The notes below the pieces were generated by a model. It was not told the DNA's origin, made no database searches, and saw only the letters and a list, made by a program, of their open reading frames with translations. DNA of 64,000 bases, taken from NCBI GenBank assembly GCA_965222215.1, contig OZ244931.1, forward strand, positions 2,789,964-2,853,963, given 5' to 3'. A program made the position numbers and the translations under genes. This document shows, in pieces, positions 55,131 to 64,000 of this stretch. This DNA is from Alphaproteobacteria bacterium. Its GTDB lineage: Bacteria; Pseudomonadota; Alphaproteobacteria; UBA6615. Within the stretch, counting starts at the first letter, position 1. The number at the start of each line of letters is the position of its first letter.

Positions 55131-55226
55131 CGCCCTGTCCCCCGATACATGGCTAGGTTAACCGGTCGCGAAGACACGCGGCTGTAACGTAATTGTCAAC
55201 GCGCATCTCGCGCGGGAAGATGGCTG

Positions 55227-56696
55227 ATGGTTTCCGAAACGTCTTCCGAACGGCTGCGCGCGCTCGAAGCGCGGGTCCGGCATGAACTCGACCTGCTCAA
55301 TCACCCGAAGGGAGCGTGGGTTCCGCCGCGCACCCACCCATCCGGGCGTCCCGTGTTCGACGTACTGGTGGTGGGCGCCGGACAGGGTGGCCTGGGAACC
55401 CTGTCCGCCCTCCGCCGGGAGAATGTGACGAACATCCTGGCGGTGGATCGCAATCCGGCAGGCCGCGAAGGGCCCTGGAAGACGTTCGCCCGAATGCGGC
55501 TCCTGCGCACCCACAAGGACATCACCGGACCGGCCCTGGGTATCCCCTCGCTGACACCGCGCGCCTGGTACACGGCCAGGCACGGCGAGGACGCCTGGGA
55601 CGCCCTCGTACGCATTCCCCGGACGGACTGGCAGGATTACCTGGACTGGTACCGCAAGGTTCTCGATCTGCCCGTCCGGAACGACACCGAAGTCGGCCCC
55701 CTTGCCGCCGACGAACCGGACAACCCCGACAGCCTGATCCGCGTTCCCCTGACCGACACCCGGGAAGGCGGTCGCACCGAAACGGTGTATGCACGCGAAG
55801 TCGTCCTCGCCAACGGGCTCGAGGGATGCGGCGTCTGGTACATCCCGGACATCATCACGGACAATCTCCCGCCGGACCGCTACGCCCAGGCCAACACGGA
55901 AATCGATTTCACGCTGCTCCGCGACAAGCGCGTCGTCGTCGTCGGTGCGAACGCCGGCGGATTCGACGCCGCAACCGCGGCCCTCGAGGCCGGCGCGGTG
56001 TCGGCCGACCTGCTGGTCCGCCGGGCCGAACTCCCCAGGGTGAACGCACACAAGCCGATCGACAGCGTGGCATGGCTCAAGCATTTCGGCGACCTGGACG
56101 ACGCCACGCGCTGGCGCCTGATGGTCCATATCATGCGCAACAATCAGCCGCCGCCGCAGGACACGTTCGACCTCGCACGGAGCCTCCCGGGGTTCACGAT
56201 GCACGAGAATGCGGGGATGACAGGGGTGCGCCTCGATGGCGACGCGGTGATCGTCGACACGGCCGCCGGCCAGTCGCTGGAGGCCGATTTTGTGATCGCG
56301 GCGACCGGGTTCAGGCACGATTTCCACGCCCGCATCGAGACATCCGGTATCGCCGACGCAATTGCCCTGTGGCGCGACCGCTACACGCCGCCGGCGGAGG
56401 AGGACTGGGAACCCATGGGCACCTATCCCTATCTCGGCACGTCGTTCGAATTCACCGAGAAGTCACCCGGCAGCGCGCCCTGGCTGCATCACATCCACTG
56501 TTTCTCGCTCGGAACGAAACCGAGCCTCGGGCTCACCGGAAGCTCGGCCACATCCATGCGCTACGGCGTACCGCGCCTGGTCCAGGCACTGACGCGGCAG
56601 CTTTTCCTCGATGACGCCGACCGGCATGTACAGGCGATGCTGACCCACGACGAGGTCGACCTGACCTTCACCAGATCCAGCGATCCGGAAGCCTAG
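55227..56696 (+). CDS. FAD/NAD(P)-binding oxidoreductase (flavin monooxygenase-like)
   Basis: The first dinucleotide motif is VLVVGAGQGGLG and the second Rossmann motif is VVVVGANAGGFDAA. Also present is FVIAATGF. Confidence 0.75.
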   Translation: MVSETSSERLRALEARVRHELDLLNHPKGAWVPPRTHPSGRPVFDVLVVGAGQGGLGTLSALRRENVTNILAVDRNPAGREGPWKTFARMRLLRTHKDITGPALGIPSLTPRAWYTARHGEDAWDALVRIPRTDWQDYLDWYRKVLDLPVRNDTEVGPLAADEPDNPDSLIRVPLTDTREGGRTETVYAREVVLANGLEGCGVWYIPDIITDNLPPDRYAQANTEIDFTLLRDKRVVVVGANAGGFDAATAALEAGAVSADLLVRRAELPRVNAHKPIDSVAWLKHFGDLDDATRWRLMVHIMRNNQPPPQDTFDLARSLPGFTMHENAGMTGVRLDGDAVIVDTAAGQSLEADFVIAATGFRHDFHARIETSGIADAIALWRDRYTPPAEEDWEPMGTYPYLGTSFEFTEKSPGSAPWLHHIHCFSLGTKPSLGLTGSSATSMRYGVPRLVQALTRQLFLDDADRHVQAMLTHDEVDLTFTRSSDPEA

Positions 56697-57307
56697 CTGC
56701 CGGGCTGGGCACCCGGCACATGGGCGAAAGCGTCAGCGGGCACGAAATCGAGTTGGCCGCTGCCGCCGGGCTTCAGCCAGTAGAGCTCGACCGTCGAGGT
56801 GACCTGCTTCTCGAAATACAGTAGCCGCAGCGGGTACCAGCCGGGCTCCTTGATTTCCACGGGTACCAGGTCGGAGTACCGGTCGCGATGTACATCCGGG
56901 TCATAGACCACGCGCTTTCCACCGATATGGAGGTCGACACCGTCGTTCGACTGCATCGCAATGGTGTAAGTACCCGCCACCGGGAAATTGATATACCCGC
57001 GAATGTCCGCGCCGACGGAGTCCGCTTGCCCGCTGGTCAGGACATCACCCTCGCCGACGAAATAGTCGAGCATCGCGATCGGTTCACCTTCGACGCCGTC
57101 CTTGTACTTCGCCCATTCGGTTATTTCGCGGGTGTGATCGAACTTGTTGAAATAGTAGGTGACCGCAAGCCCGGGCTTGAGCCGGTCCGCCGAGGGTTGT
57201 GGCGATGCCGGCGAAAGGCCCGTGACCATATCGGCCGCGTTCGCGCCGGCGCCGAAACAAAGCAGCGCCAAAGCCGCAAGCGTGAAACGAGTAACAGTGC
57301 GAAACAT
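56693..57307 (-). CDS. secreted PA14-domain protein
   Basis: Signal peptide is MFRTVTRFTLAALALLCFGAGANA. The PA14-like pattern is LKPGLAVTYY...IRGYINFPVAGTYTIAMQSNDGVDLHIGGKRV...LLYFEKQVTSTVELYW. The start codon overlaps the YciI stop (TGATG). Confidence 0.7.
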   Translation of the reverse strand: MFRTVTRFTLAALALLCFGAGANAADMVTGLSPASPQPSADRLKPGLAVTYYFNKFDHTREITEWAKYKDGVEGEPIAMLDYFVGEGDVLTSGQADSVGADIRGYINFPVAGTYTIAMQSNDGVDLHIGGKRVVYDPDVHRDRYSDLVPVEIKEPGWYPLRLLYFEKQVTSTVELYWLKPGGSGQLDFVPADAFAHVPGAQPGS

Positions 57308-57609
57308 CAATGTCCTCCGTCCGGATTGCCAAACGTCCACATCCAGGGACGCACCTCCGTCTTCGCAAACAGGTCCGCCTTCGTATACGGGTCGTCCTTC
57401 GCCAGCGCGCGGGCGTCGTCGATCGATTCCGCCTCGACCACAAGCAGCGAGCCGGTCATGCGTGAGCCGTCCTCGCTCGGCGTCGATCCGGCGTGGACCA
57501 GTTTCACGTTCTTGCCATGGTCACGCAGGTATTCGAGATGCACGTCGCGGGTCTCGGCGCGCAGTTCGACGCCGTCTTCCCGGTCCGTGTTGACGATGAT
57601 GAAATGCAT
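57307..57609 (-). CDS. YciI-family protein
   Basis: Sequence is MHFIIVNTDREDGVELRAETRDVHLEYLRDHGKNVKLVHAGSTPSEDGSRMTGSLLVVEAESIDDARALAKDDPYTKADLF. A GGGAGGA RBS is present. I chose the ATG at 57609. Confidence 0.85.
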   Translation of the reverse strand: MHFIIVNTDREDGVELRAETRDVHLEYLRDHGKNVKLVHAGSTPSEDGSRMTGSLLVVEAESIDDARALAKDDPYTKADLFAKTEVRPWMWTFGNPDGGH

Positions 57610-57634
57610 GGGTTCCTCCCGAAACCGTTGAACC

Positions 57635-58840
57635 TCAGGCGCGTTCGAGAACGGTGGCGATGCCCTGCCCGACCCCGATGCACATGGTGCACAGCGCGTA
57701 CTTGGCGTCGCGCTCCTGCAACTCGTAGGCCGCCGTCGTGGCAAGCCGCGCCCCGCTGGCCCCCAGCGGGTGGCCCAGCGCAATCGCGCCTCCGTTCGGA
57801 TTGACGTGCTCGGCGTCGTCGGCGATGCCCAGATCTCGGGTCACGGCCAGGGCCTGCGCCGCGAAAGCTTCGTTGAGCTCGATCACATCGATGTCGCCGA
57901 TCTTGAGGCCGAGACGTTCAAGCAGTTTGTGCGTCGCAGGTGCGGGGCCGAATCCCATGATCCGCGGCGGGACACCGGCGGTAGCGGTGCCGACCACCCG
58001 CGCCAGCGGCTTGAGGCCGTACTTCTCGACGGCAGCCTCTGACGCGATGATCATCGCGCACGCACCGTCGTTCACGCCCGACGCATTGCCCGCCGTCACG
58101 CTTCCGCCTTCGCGGAACGGCGTCGGCAGTTTCGCCAGCGTCTCAACGTCGGTGTCGGGGCGCGGATGTTCATCGGTATCGACGGTCAGCGGATCTCCGC
58201 GACGCTGCGGCACCTCGACCGGCACGATTTCCTTCGCCAGTCGGCCGTTGCCCAGCGCTGCCTTGGTGCGAGCCTGGGACCGGGCCGCAAACGCATCCTG
58301 GTCGGCGCGCGAGACCTGAAATTCTTCGGCGACGTTCTCCGCCGTCTCGGGCATCGAATCGACGCCGTATTCGGATTTCATCTTGGGATTGATGAAACGC
58401 CATCCGATGGTCGTGTCCTCGACCTTGGACGACCGCGAAAACGCGCTGGTCGCCTTCGGCATGACGAACGGCGCCCGGGACATACCCTCGACACCACCGG
58501 CCACGATCAGGTCCGCTTCACCGGTGCGGATGGCGCGTGCCGCGGCGGTGAGGGCTTCCAGGCCCGACCCGCACAGGCGGTTCACGGTGGCACCGGGAAC
58601 TTTCGACGACAGGCCCGCCAGCAGCAACGACATGCGCGCCACGTTGCGGTTGTCCTCGCCGGCCTGATTGACGTTGCCGTAGTAGACCTCGTCCACCTCG
58701 TCCCACGCGACACCCGGATTGCGGTCCATCAGCGCCTTGATCGGGATCGCACCGAGGTCGTCCGTGCGCACGCTCGACAGCGAACCTCCGTAGCGTCCGA
58801 ACGGGGTACGAACCGCATCGCAGATAAAGGCTTCGGGCAT
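57635..58840 (-). CDS. acetyl-CoA C-acyltransferase (3-oxoadipyl-CoA thiolase-like)
   Basis: Begins [19 protein letters not shown]. The active Cys is in [11 protein letters not shown], with [17 protein letters not shown] and the C-terminal CIGVGQG. I chose the ATG at 58840 with a GGAGAG RBS. Confidence 0.92.
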   Translation of the reverse strand: MPEAFICDAVRTPFGRYGGSLSSVRTDDLGAIPIKALMDRNPGVAWDEVDEVYYGNVNQAGEDNRNVARMSLLLAGLSSKVPGATVNRLCGSGLEALTAAARAIRTGEADLIVAGGVEGMSRAPFVMPKATSAFSRSSKVEDTTIGWRFINPKMKSEYGVDSMPETAENVAEEFQVSRADQDAFAARSQARTKAALGNGRLAKEIVPVEVPQRRGDPLTVDTDEHPRPDTDVETLAKLPTPFREGGSVTAGNASGVNDGACAMIIASEAAVEKYGLKPLARVVGTATAGVPPRIMGFGPAPATHKLLERLGLKIGDIDVIELNEAFAAQALAVTRDLGIADDAEHVNPNGGAIALGHPLGASGARLATTAAYELQERDAKYALCTMCIGVGQGIATVLERA

Positions 58841-58872
58841 GGATACTCTCCTGTTCTCGTGTCGCCCCGCGC

Positions 58873-59943
58873 TCAAGCGGCGTGGGGGCGTCGTCCGTGA
58901 AAAGCGTCGTCGAGCAGCGAGCGAATACCGTCGCGAGTGACCGGACGCGGATTATAGTAGGGATTCTGGGTCGCGATATCCGCGGCCTTGTCGAGGTCTT
59001 CTTCCTTCATGCCGACATCGGATAGCGCCATTTTCGCGCCGACCGATTCAGCCAGATCGAACAGGGCCCCGGCCGGATCGTCGGTATCGAGCGCACGTCG
59101 CAGGCGCTCCATGGCTTCGGGCGCGGCCTCCGCATTGTAGGCCGTCGCATGGGGAATGACCGCCGTGTGGGTCTCCGCATGCGGCAGGTTGAAGCTGCCG
59201 CCCAGCGTGTGACAAAGCTTGTGATGCAGCGCCATCCCGACCGCACCCAGCGCAGCGCCGGAAAGGTACGCGCCGTACAGGGCATCGCTGCGCGCCTCGA
59301 TATTGCCGGGTTCCTTCACAACAACCGGAAGCGCTTTCGCCAGCGCACGCACCCCCTCCTCGGCCATCATCGAGACGATCGGGTTCGCGGTCTCGGAATA
59401 CATCGCCTCGACGCAATGGGCGATGGCGTTCATGCCGCTCGGCCCCGCGATAAAATCCGGCAGGGTGAGTGTCAGGTTCGGGTCATAGACCACGGTTGTC
59501 GGCAAAACCTTGTTGTCACGTCCGGTTTTCTTGATGCCGGCCTCGGTCAGCCCCCAGATCGGTGTCATTTCCGAGCCGGCATAGGTTGTCGGCACCGCGA
59601 TGATCGGCAGCCCGAATTCCAGTGCAATGGCCTTGCCCAGCCCGATGGTCGATCCACCGCCGACAGCGACACAGGCGTCCGCGCCAAGCTTTTCCGCTTC
59701 CTTCCGGGCGGCCTGCGCCACCTCGATCGGAACGTGCATTTCGGCCTTATCGTAGACGCCGGCCGAACGCGAACCCAGCCGCGCGGCCACATCCTCGGCC
59801 TGCTCGCGCTGCTGCGGCGTCGAGAGCACGAGCGCCTTGGCGACCCCGAGCCGTTCGACTTCCTCAGCCAGCCGGTCGAGGCTGCCAACGCCGAACACAA
59901 CCCGTCCGGGCAGCGCCTCATATGCAAATTCGCGCATCTGCAA
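58873..59943 (-). CDS. maleylacetate reductase (iron-containing alcohol dehydrogenase family)
   Basis: Begins [20 protein letters not shown]. Other motifs are [26 protein letters not shown] and [16 protein letters not shown]. Confidence 0.88.
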   Translation of the reverse strand: MQMREFAYEALPGRVVFGVGSLDRLAEEVERLGVAKALVLSTPQQREQAEDVAARLGSRSAGVYDKAEMHVPIEVAQAARKEAEKLGADACVAVGGGSTIGLGKAIALEFGLPIIAVPTTYAGSEMTPIWGLTEAGIKKTGRDNKVLPTTVVYDPNLTLTLPDFIAGPSGMNAIAHCVEAMYSETANPIVSMMAEEGVRALAKALPVVVKEPGNIEARSDALYGAYLSGAALGAVGMALHHKLCHTLGGSFNLPHAETHTAVIPHATAYNAEAAPEAMERLRRALDTDDPAGALFDLAESVGAKMALSDVGMKEEDLDKAADIATQNPYYNPRPVTRDGIRSLLDDAFHGRRPHAA

Positions 59944-60136
59944 CTCCTCCGCGTGTCACGGCCGTGAACCGGCTCTTCGATCTGCGCCGGGACTATCGCA
60001 CAAGGGTGCCCCGCACACCTAGACCGGCGCCCGGAATCCGAACATCGGGCATGCCGCGCGATCATCGCAACACCGGACCGAATGCCCAAGAGAATGTGAT
60101 TACGCACGCGCACGCCGCGCACGATAGGCTCGGGCC

Positions 60137-61543
60137 ATGACAGCATTCCGAAACATCGCGTTTGCCGCATCCCTCGCCCTTGCCGCGGCGGCCTCCCCCA
60201 TTCCTGTATCCGCGCAGCCCACGTCTACGCCACCGGCCACGCGCGATATCAGCAATGAGGAGGTCCAGAAGCTCGCGCGCGACATCCTGCGCGTCGGCAC
60301 GCTGGACCGGAACCGCGTCATGGCGCGGCTCGTCGAGCGTGGAGACACGGACGTTGTCCCGGCCCTGATCCAGTCACTGCGGTTTCTCCAGCAGGATCCA
60401 TGGACAATCACCAGCGCACTCCAGTCGCTCACCGGCGAGAACCATGGGAAGGATTGGAACAAGTGGATGCTATGGCAGGAGGCGCATCCGGAGATCGTGC
60501 CGTTCGAGGGATTCGCCGCCTACAAGGAGTGGGTGCTCACCCATATCGACCCGAACTTCAGCCTGTTTCTTCACGAAGGCGTGGCGCACGCGATCCGGCT
60601 GGAGGAGATCGCCTGGGGCGGCGTCGTCCGGGACGGCATTCCCGCGCTGGTGAACCCCAGGCTGGTCGCGCCCGATCACGCCGAAGCAGCCTATCTGGAC
60701 GCGGGTGAACTGGTTTTCGGGATCGAGATCAACGGTGACGTCCGGGCCTATCCGCTCCGCATGATGGACTGGCATGAGATGTTTAACGACGTGATCGGCG
60801 ACGTGCCGGTCGCGCTGGCCTATTGCACGCTTTGCGGGTCGGGAATCCTGTTCGAGACAGCCGTCGACGGACAGGAGGCACCTTTCGAATTCGGATCGTC
60901 GGGGTTTCTCTACCGCTCGAACAAGCTGATGTTCGACCGCGCAACGAACTCGCTCTGGAACCAGTTCACCGGCCGCCCGGTGGTCGGCGAGCTGGTCGGC
61001 TCGGATATCGAGCTCAAGGTCCGGCCGGTGGCCATCACGACCTGGGCGAAGTGGCTGTCGCGCCACCCGGACACGAGAGTCCTCTCCATCGAAACCGGGT
61101 TTGACCGCGACTACACGCCGGGCAAACCCTACGCGGCCTACCTCAACAGCCCCAACCTGATGTTCCCCGCGCGGGTCAACGACACCCGCCTGGCGGCGAA
61201 GGACTACGTCTACGCGCTGCGGATGGGAGCGGACGAGAAAGCCTGGTCGCTCGCGCTGTTCGAAGACAGCGCGGTGATTCATGACATGGTCGGCGGACGA
61301 GATATCGTACTCGTAGGCGACGCGGCGACCCGCACCGTGCGCGCATACGAATCGGCGGGGCTGGAGTTCGGGCCTCATACGAGCGACGGCGAGCGCCTGG
61401 TCTCCGCCAGCGGGGAGTGGCTCATCACGGAAGACGCGCTGGTCGGTGCAGGCGGCCGCCGCCTGGAACGCCTTCCCGGACATATCGCCTACTGGTTCGC
61501 CTGGCAGAACTTCCGGCCGGAAGCCCCCACCCGCTTCGAATAG
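60137..61543 (+). CDS. DUF3179-domain secreted protein with an extra N-terminal helical region
   Basis: Signal peptide is MTAFRNIAFAASLALAAAASPIPVSA. The DUF3179 core reads RDGIPALVNP, VFGIEINGDVRAYPL, VALAYCTLCGSGILF and SGFLYRSNKLMFDRATNSLWNQ. Confidence 0.85.
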   Translation: MTAFRNIAFAASLALAAAASPIPVSAQPTSTPPATRDISNEEVQKLARDILRVGTLDRNRVMARLVERGDTDVVPALIQSLRFLQQDPWTITSALQSLTGENHGKDWNKWMLWQEAHPEIVPFEGFAAYKEWVLTHIDPNFSLFLHEGVAHAIRLEEIAWGGVVRDGIPALVNPRLVAPDHAEAAYLDAGELVFGIEINGDVRAYPLRMMDWHEMFNDVIGDVPVALAYCTLCGSGILFETAVDGQEAPFEFGSSGFLYRSNKLMFDRATNSLWNQFTGRPVVGELVGSDIELKVRPVAITTWAKWLSRHPDTRVLSIETGFDRDYTPGKPYAAYLNSPNLMFPARVNDTRLAAKDYVYALRMGADEKAWSLALFEDSAVIHDMVGGRDIVLVGDAATRTVRAYESAGLEFGPHTSDGERLVSASGEWLITEDALVGAGGRRLERLPGHIAYWFAWQNFRPEAPTRFE

Positions 61544-61615
61544 CCGACCGGAATTCCCCAGAACGCCCGCGGTGGTGTAGGGTCCGGCATCTAACAATTG
61601 CCGGACCTGTCTGCC

Positions 61616-62539
61616 ATGGCCAAAGCCCAGTTTGCGCGCTTTTCCGACCTGAATTCCCAGGGGGCGCGGTTCGCCGCCGAAATGGGCGTGCCGCTCGGCG
61701 CGTACCAGAAGATGACCGCCGAGCATTTGTTTCTGGTGATGTCGTCGCCGGAACTTGGCGGCCCGTTCGCCACCGATCCCGGCATCTCCGACGATCAGGG
61801 GCTCGTCGCCGCGATCGTGAAATGCTCACCCGGTCAGGGTCCCTATCTGCACGCTCACTACAACACGCTTGAGAACTTCATCTGCCTCGACGGCCGCTTC
61901 CGGATCACCTGGGGCGACACCGGCGAGCATGAGGCGTTTCTCGATCCGCTGGACACGGTGTCGGTCCCGCGCGGCGTGGTGCGCGCGTTCGAAAACGCGT
62001 CGGACGGCCCGGCGCACATCATGGCTTTCATCCGGGGCGACAAGCCGGAGGATTTCGGCGACGTGGCGATGACCCCCGCCGCGGCCGAGGACCTCGACAC
62101 AACGTTTGGCGACGGCACGGCCGAAAAAATCAAGGACATCGGTTGGCGTTTCGACGCGGGCGTGGAAGCGCCAACCGCGAAGGTAAGTCCTGAAGAGATG
62201 GGCGCACGCCTGGCGCGCTTCGCCGACATGAACGCCGACGGAAGCGGACCGCTGCGCCGTTACGCCGTCATGGATTCGGTCGCCGGCGCCGCCATTACCG
62301 GCGACCCGGGCCTGAAGGCCGACATCTTCGAACTCGCGACCGGCGCGGAGGCCGAATTGGCAAGCACTCCCGGAAAACGCACCCTGATGTGCGTCGGCGG
62401 CGGCGTATCGATGTCCTGGGACGGCCAGACGGCCGACACGACCCCATGGGACGCGGTCGCACTGCCGCCGGACACAGGCTGCCGCCTGACCAACACCGGC
62501 GACGAGCCGGCGCAGCTGTTCGCGATGGAGACCGGTTAA
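61616..62539 (+). CDS. bicupin protein
   Basis: Two cupin halves, each preceded by an ARF..(L/M) segment (QFARFSDL; RLARFADM). The first half carries YLHAHYNTLENFICLDG and VPRGVVRAFEN. Confidence 0.75.
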   Translation: MAKAQFARFSDLNSQGARFAAEMGVPLGAYQKMTAEHLFLVMSSPELGGPFATDPGISDDQGLVAAIVKCSPGQGPYLHAHYNTLENFICLDGRFRITWGDTGEHEAFLDPLDTVSVPRGVVRAFENASDGPAHIMAFIRGDKPEDFGDVAMTPAAAEDLDTTFGDGTAEKIKDIGWRFDAGVEAPTAKVSPEEMGARLARFADMNADGSGPLRRYAVMDSVAGAAITGDPGLKADIFELATGAEAELASTPGKRTLMCVGGGVSMSWDGQTADTTPWDAVALPPDTGCRLTNTGDEPAQLFAMETG

Positions 62540-62568
62540 CGGGGGCACAGCAAGACCCGACAACTCCT

Positions 62569-62641
62569 GTCATGGCCGGACTTGATCCGGCCATCTCGTC
62601 CCGGTCCGTGCGGAGATGCCCGGATCAAGCCCGGGCATGAC
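62569..62641. repeat. intergenic hairpin repeat family D (GTCATGGCCGGACTTGATCCGGCCATC...GCCCGGATCAAGCCCGGGCATGAC)
   Basis: Inverted GTCATG/CATGAC termini and internal ATCCGG/CCGGAT arms. It lies between the convergent bicupin and OYE genes. Single copy in this window. Confidence 0.7.
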
Positions 62642-62679
62642 AAACTTCTCGATTGCCCCGGGCGAACAGAAACCGGCGG

Positions 62680-63858
62680 CTAGGCGCCTTCGGTCACGTC
62701 CCGCGCTTCCACGGGTGTGTCGGGAATTCCCGTGGGGTTGGCCTTCCAGTAATCCTCGTAACAGTCCAGCGTCGCGTACGGCATGATCATGCCCGGGTTG
62801 AAAGGCACCGGTTCCTCACCCGCCGCGATCTTCTTCGGCCAGTCGTAGTCGGCCAGCGCCGCCTTCGCGATGGCAACGAAATCGCCCTCTTCGTCAACCA
62901 GCGCCTGCTCGGCCAGGTCCGGATTCTCAAGCTTGCCGTTCGCCATCTGGGGCAGCCCCGAGTAGCGTTTCGCCAGACCCGACAGGCTCTTGTCCGTCCC
63001 GAACACGGGTGAGACGCCGAGATGCGCGCTGCAGTCCAGATAGTCGATCCCGGTTTCCGCCAGCTTCGAGAACACGACCCTGGCGTCGTCGTCGCCGCCC
63101 GGCCACTCGTACTCGAAGTCGTTGACCTTGGTCTGGGAGATACGCACGCCGACCGGCTTGTCCGGCACCGCCGCACGAACCGCCTCCATCACTTCGCAAT
63201 GGTAGCGGATTCGGTTCTCGACCGGCCCACCATACTCGTCGTCGCGCTGGTTGGTGTAGACGGTCAGGAACTCGTCCGGCAGATAGCCGTTCGCGCCGTG
63301 GACCTCGATCCCGTCGAAGCCGATTTCGACGGCCCGGCGCGCCGCCGCGCCGTAGCTGGCAACGACCTCCGCCATCTCGTCGCGGGTAATTTCGCGCGGG
63401 GTCTGGAATACGTCACCGCTGCCGCGATAGCGCGGGATCTGCTTGCCTTTCGGTGTCACCACCGACGGCGCGATCGAGCCGTCGACCCAGTTGTTGCCCT
63501 GATTAATCGCGCCGCAGTGGAATATCTGCATGAAGATCGGCGCACCCTCGGCGTGCACCGCATCCACCACCTTACGCCAGGAATCGCGCTGTTCGTCGGT
63601 CGCAATACCCGGCTGGTAGAGATAACCCTGGCTGTATTTGAGGTCGATGTAGACACCCTCGGTCACGATCAGGCCCCAGCCGCCGCGCGCAAAGGATGCG
63701 TAGTATTCGGCCATCTGATCGGTCGCCAGCCCGTCATCCGTGGCGCTCGTGCGCGTCATCGGCGAGACGACGGTGCGGTTTGCGGTTTCCACGCCCCGGA
63801 TCGCGCCCGGCGCAAAGATGTTGGGGTACTTTTCGACCCCCGGTCCACTCAAGCTCAT
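62680..63858 (-). CDS. NADH:flavin oxidoreductase, Old Yellow Enzyme family
   Basis: Motifs are NRTVVSPMTRTSA, IFMQIFHCGA and FDGIEVHGANGYLPDEFL. I chose the ATG at 63858 with an AAGGAA RBS. Confidence 0.9.
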   Translation of the reverse strand: MSLSGPGVEKYPNIFAPGAIRGVETANRTVVSPMTRTSATDDGLATDQMAEYYASFARGGWGLIVTEGVYIDLKYSQGYLYQPGIATDEQRDSWRKVVDAVHAEGAPIFMQIFHCGAINQGNNWVDGSIAPSVVTPKGKQIPRYRGSGDVFQTPREITRDEMAEVVASYGAAARRAVEIGFDGIEVHGANGYLPDEFLTVYTNQRDDEYGGPVENRIRYHCEVMEAVRAAVPDKPVGVRISQTKVNDFEYEWPGGDDDARVVFSKLAETGIDYLDCSAHLGVSPVFGTDKSLSGLAKRYSGLPQMANGKLENPDLAEQALVDEEGDFVAIAKAALADYDWPKKIAAGEEPVPFNPGMIMPYATLDCYEDYWKANPTGIPDTPVEARDVTEGA

Positions 63859-63868
63859 CTGAAATTCC

Positions 63869-64000
63869 TTATTTCTCGATGGGCACGCCGACGAGGCTGC
63901 CCCATTCGGTCCACGAGCCGTCGTAGCTGCGGACATTTTCGAAACCGAGCAACTCGGTCATGGTGAAGTACGCCAGGGTCGCCCGGTGGCTCAGCCGGCA
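63869..64000 (-). CDS. rhodanese-domain sulfurtransferase, C-terminal end (gene starts beyond the right edge)
   Basis: My own translation gives CRLSHRATLAYFTMTELLGFENVRSYDGSWTEWGSLVGVPIEK*. This is the active-site Cys loop plus the YDGSWTEWG tail typical of thiosulfate/3-mercaptopyruvate sulfurtransferases. Confidence 0.75.
   Translation of the reverse strand, partial: CRLSHRATLAYFTMTELLGFENVRSYDGSWTEWGSLVGVPIEK

Noticed and set aside
1-64000. Search by eye for tRNA, rRNA, riboswitch (B12, TPP, SAM), prophage, integrase or toxin-antitoxin signatures.
   Set aside because: Every intergenic region longer than about 60 nt is accounted for by promoters or the repeat families. I saw no cloverleaf-like segments, no conserved riboswitch cores such as the B12 box, and no phage or mobile-element proteins. 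A covariance-model scan (tRNAscan-SE, Infernal) would be needed to exclude small RNAs rigorously.

Overview
High-GC, densely coding chromosomal segment, about 60 CDS on both strands. It looks alphaproteobacterial, an inference from the ALA-synthase-type hemA and the GTCATTGCGAG-type intergenic hairpin repeats. Most of it is housekeeping or accessory metabolism: methylmalonyl-CoA mutase, manC, hemA, pdxH, fabI, aroC, tlyA, the xseB-ispA-dxs operon, an RND efflux pair, several methyltransferases, six cupin proteins, and a maleylacetate reductase/thiolase pair. I found no rRNA, tRNA, CRISPR array, transposase or integrase. Most long ORFs in the supplied track are antisense shadows of real genes, which is typical of high-GC DNA.

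The standout is the locus at about 44.1-52.5 kb. It holds a Crp-family regulator whose recognition helix keeps the RE..R motif, and a TPR plus beta-barrel outer-membrane protein (tentatively DUF560/Slam-like) co-oriented 20 nt downstream of a CHASE2-sensor class III adenylate cyclase. Divergent from these are two tandem secreted paralogs, each a FecR-like domain, a Gly/Asn/Gln linker and a C-terminal beta-rich domain. Two nearly identical TGTGA-N6-TCACT boxes each sit exactly 21 nt upstream of a -10-like hexamer (class II CRP geometry), and each precedes a micro-ORF for a single-pass membrane peptide.

A third box with the same geometry and shared flanks lies 25 kb away, upstream of a surface-antigen lipoprotein gene. 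I read this as a candidate undescribed envelope-to-cAMP-to-Crp signalling module; the sequence motifs are direct observations and the function is inference.

Other points: an RND adaptor with a canonical N-terminal EF-hand pair, a LysR-linked three-cupin cluster, four families of structured intergenic repeats, a truncated MscS gene followed by an untracked DUF2256 micro-gene, and an orphan secreted protein.
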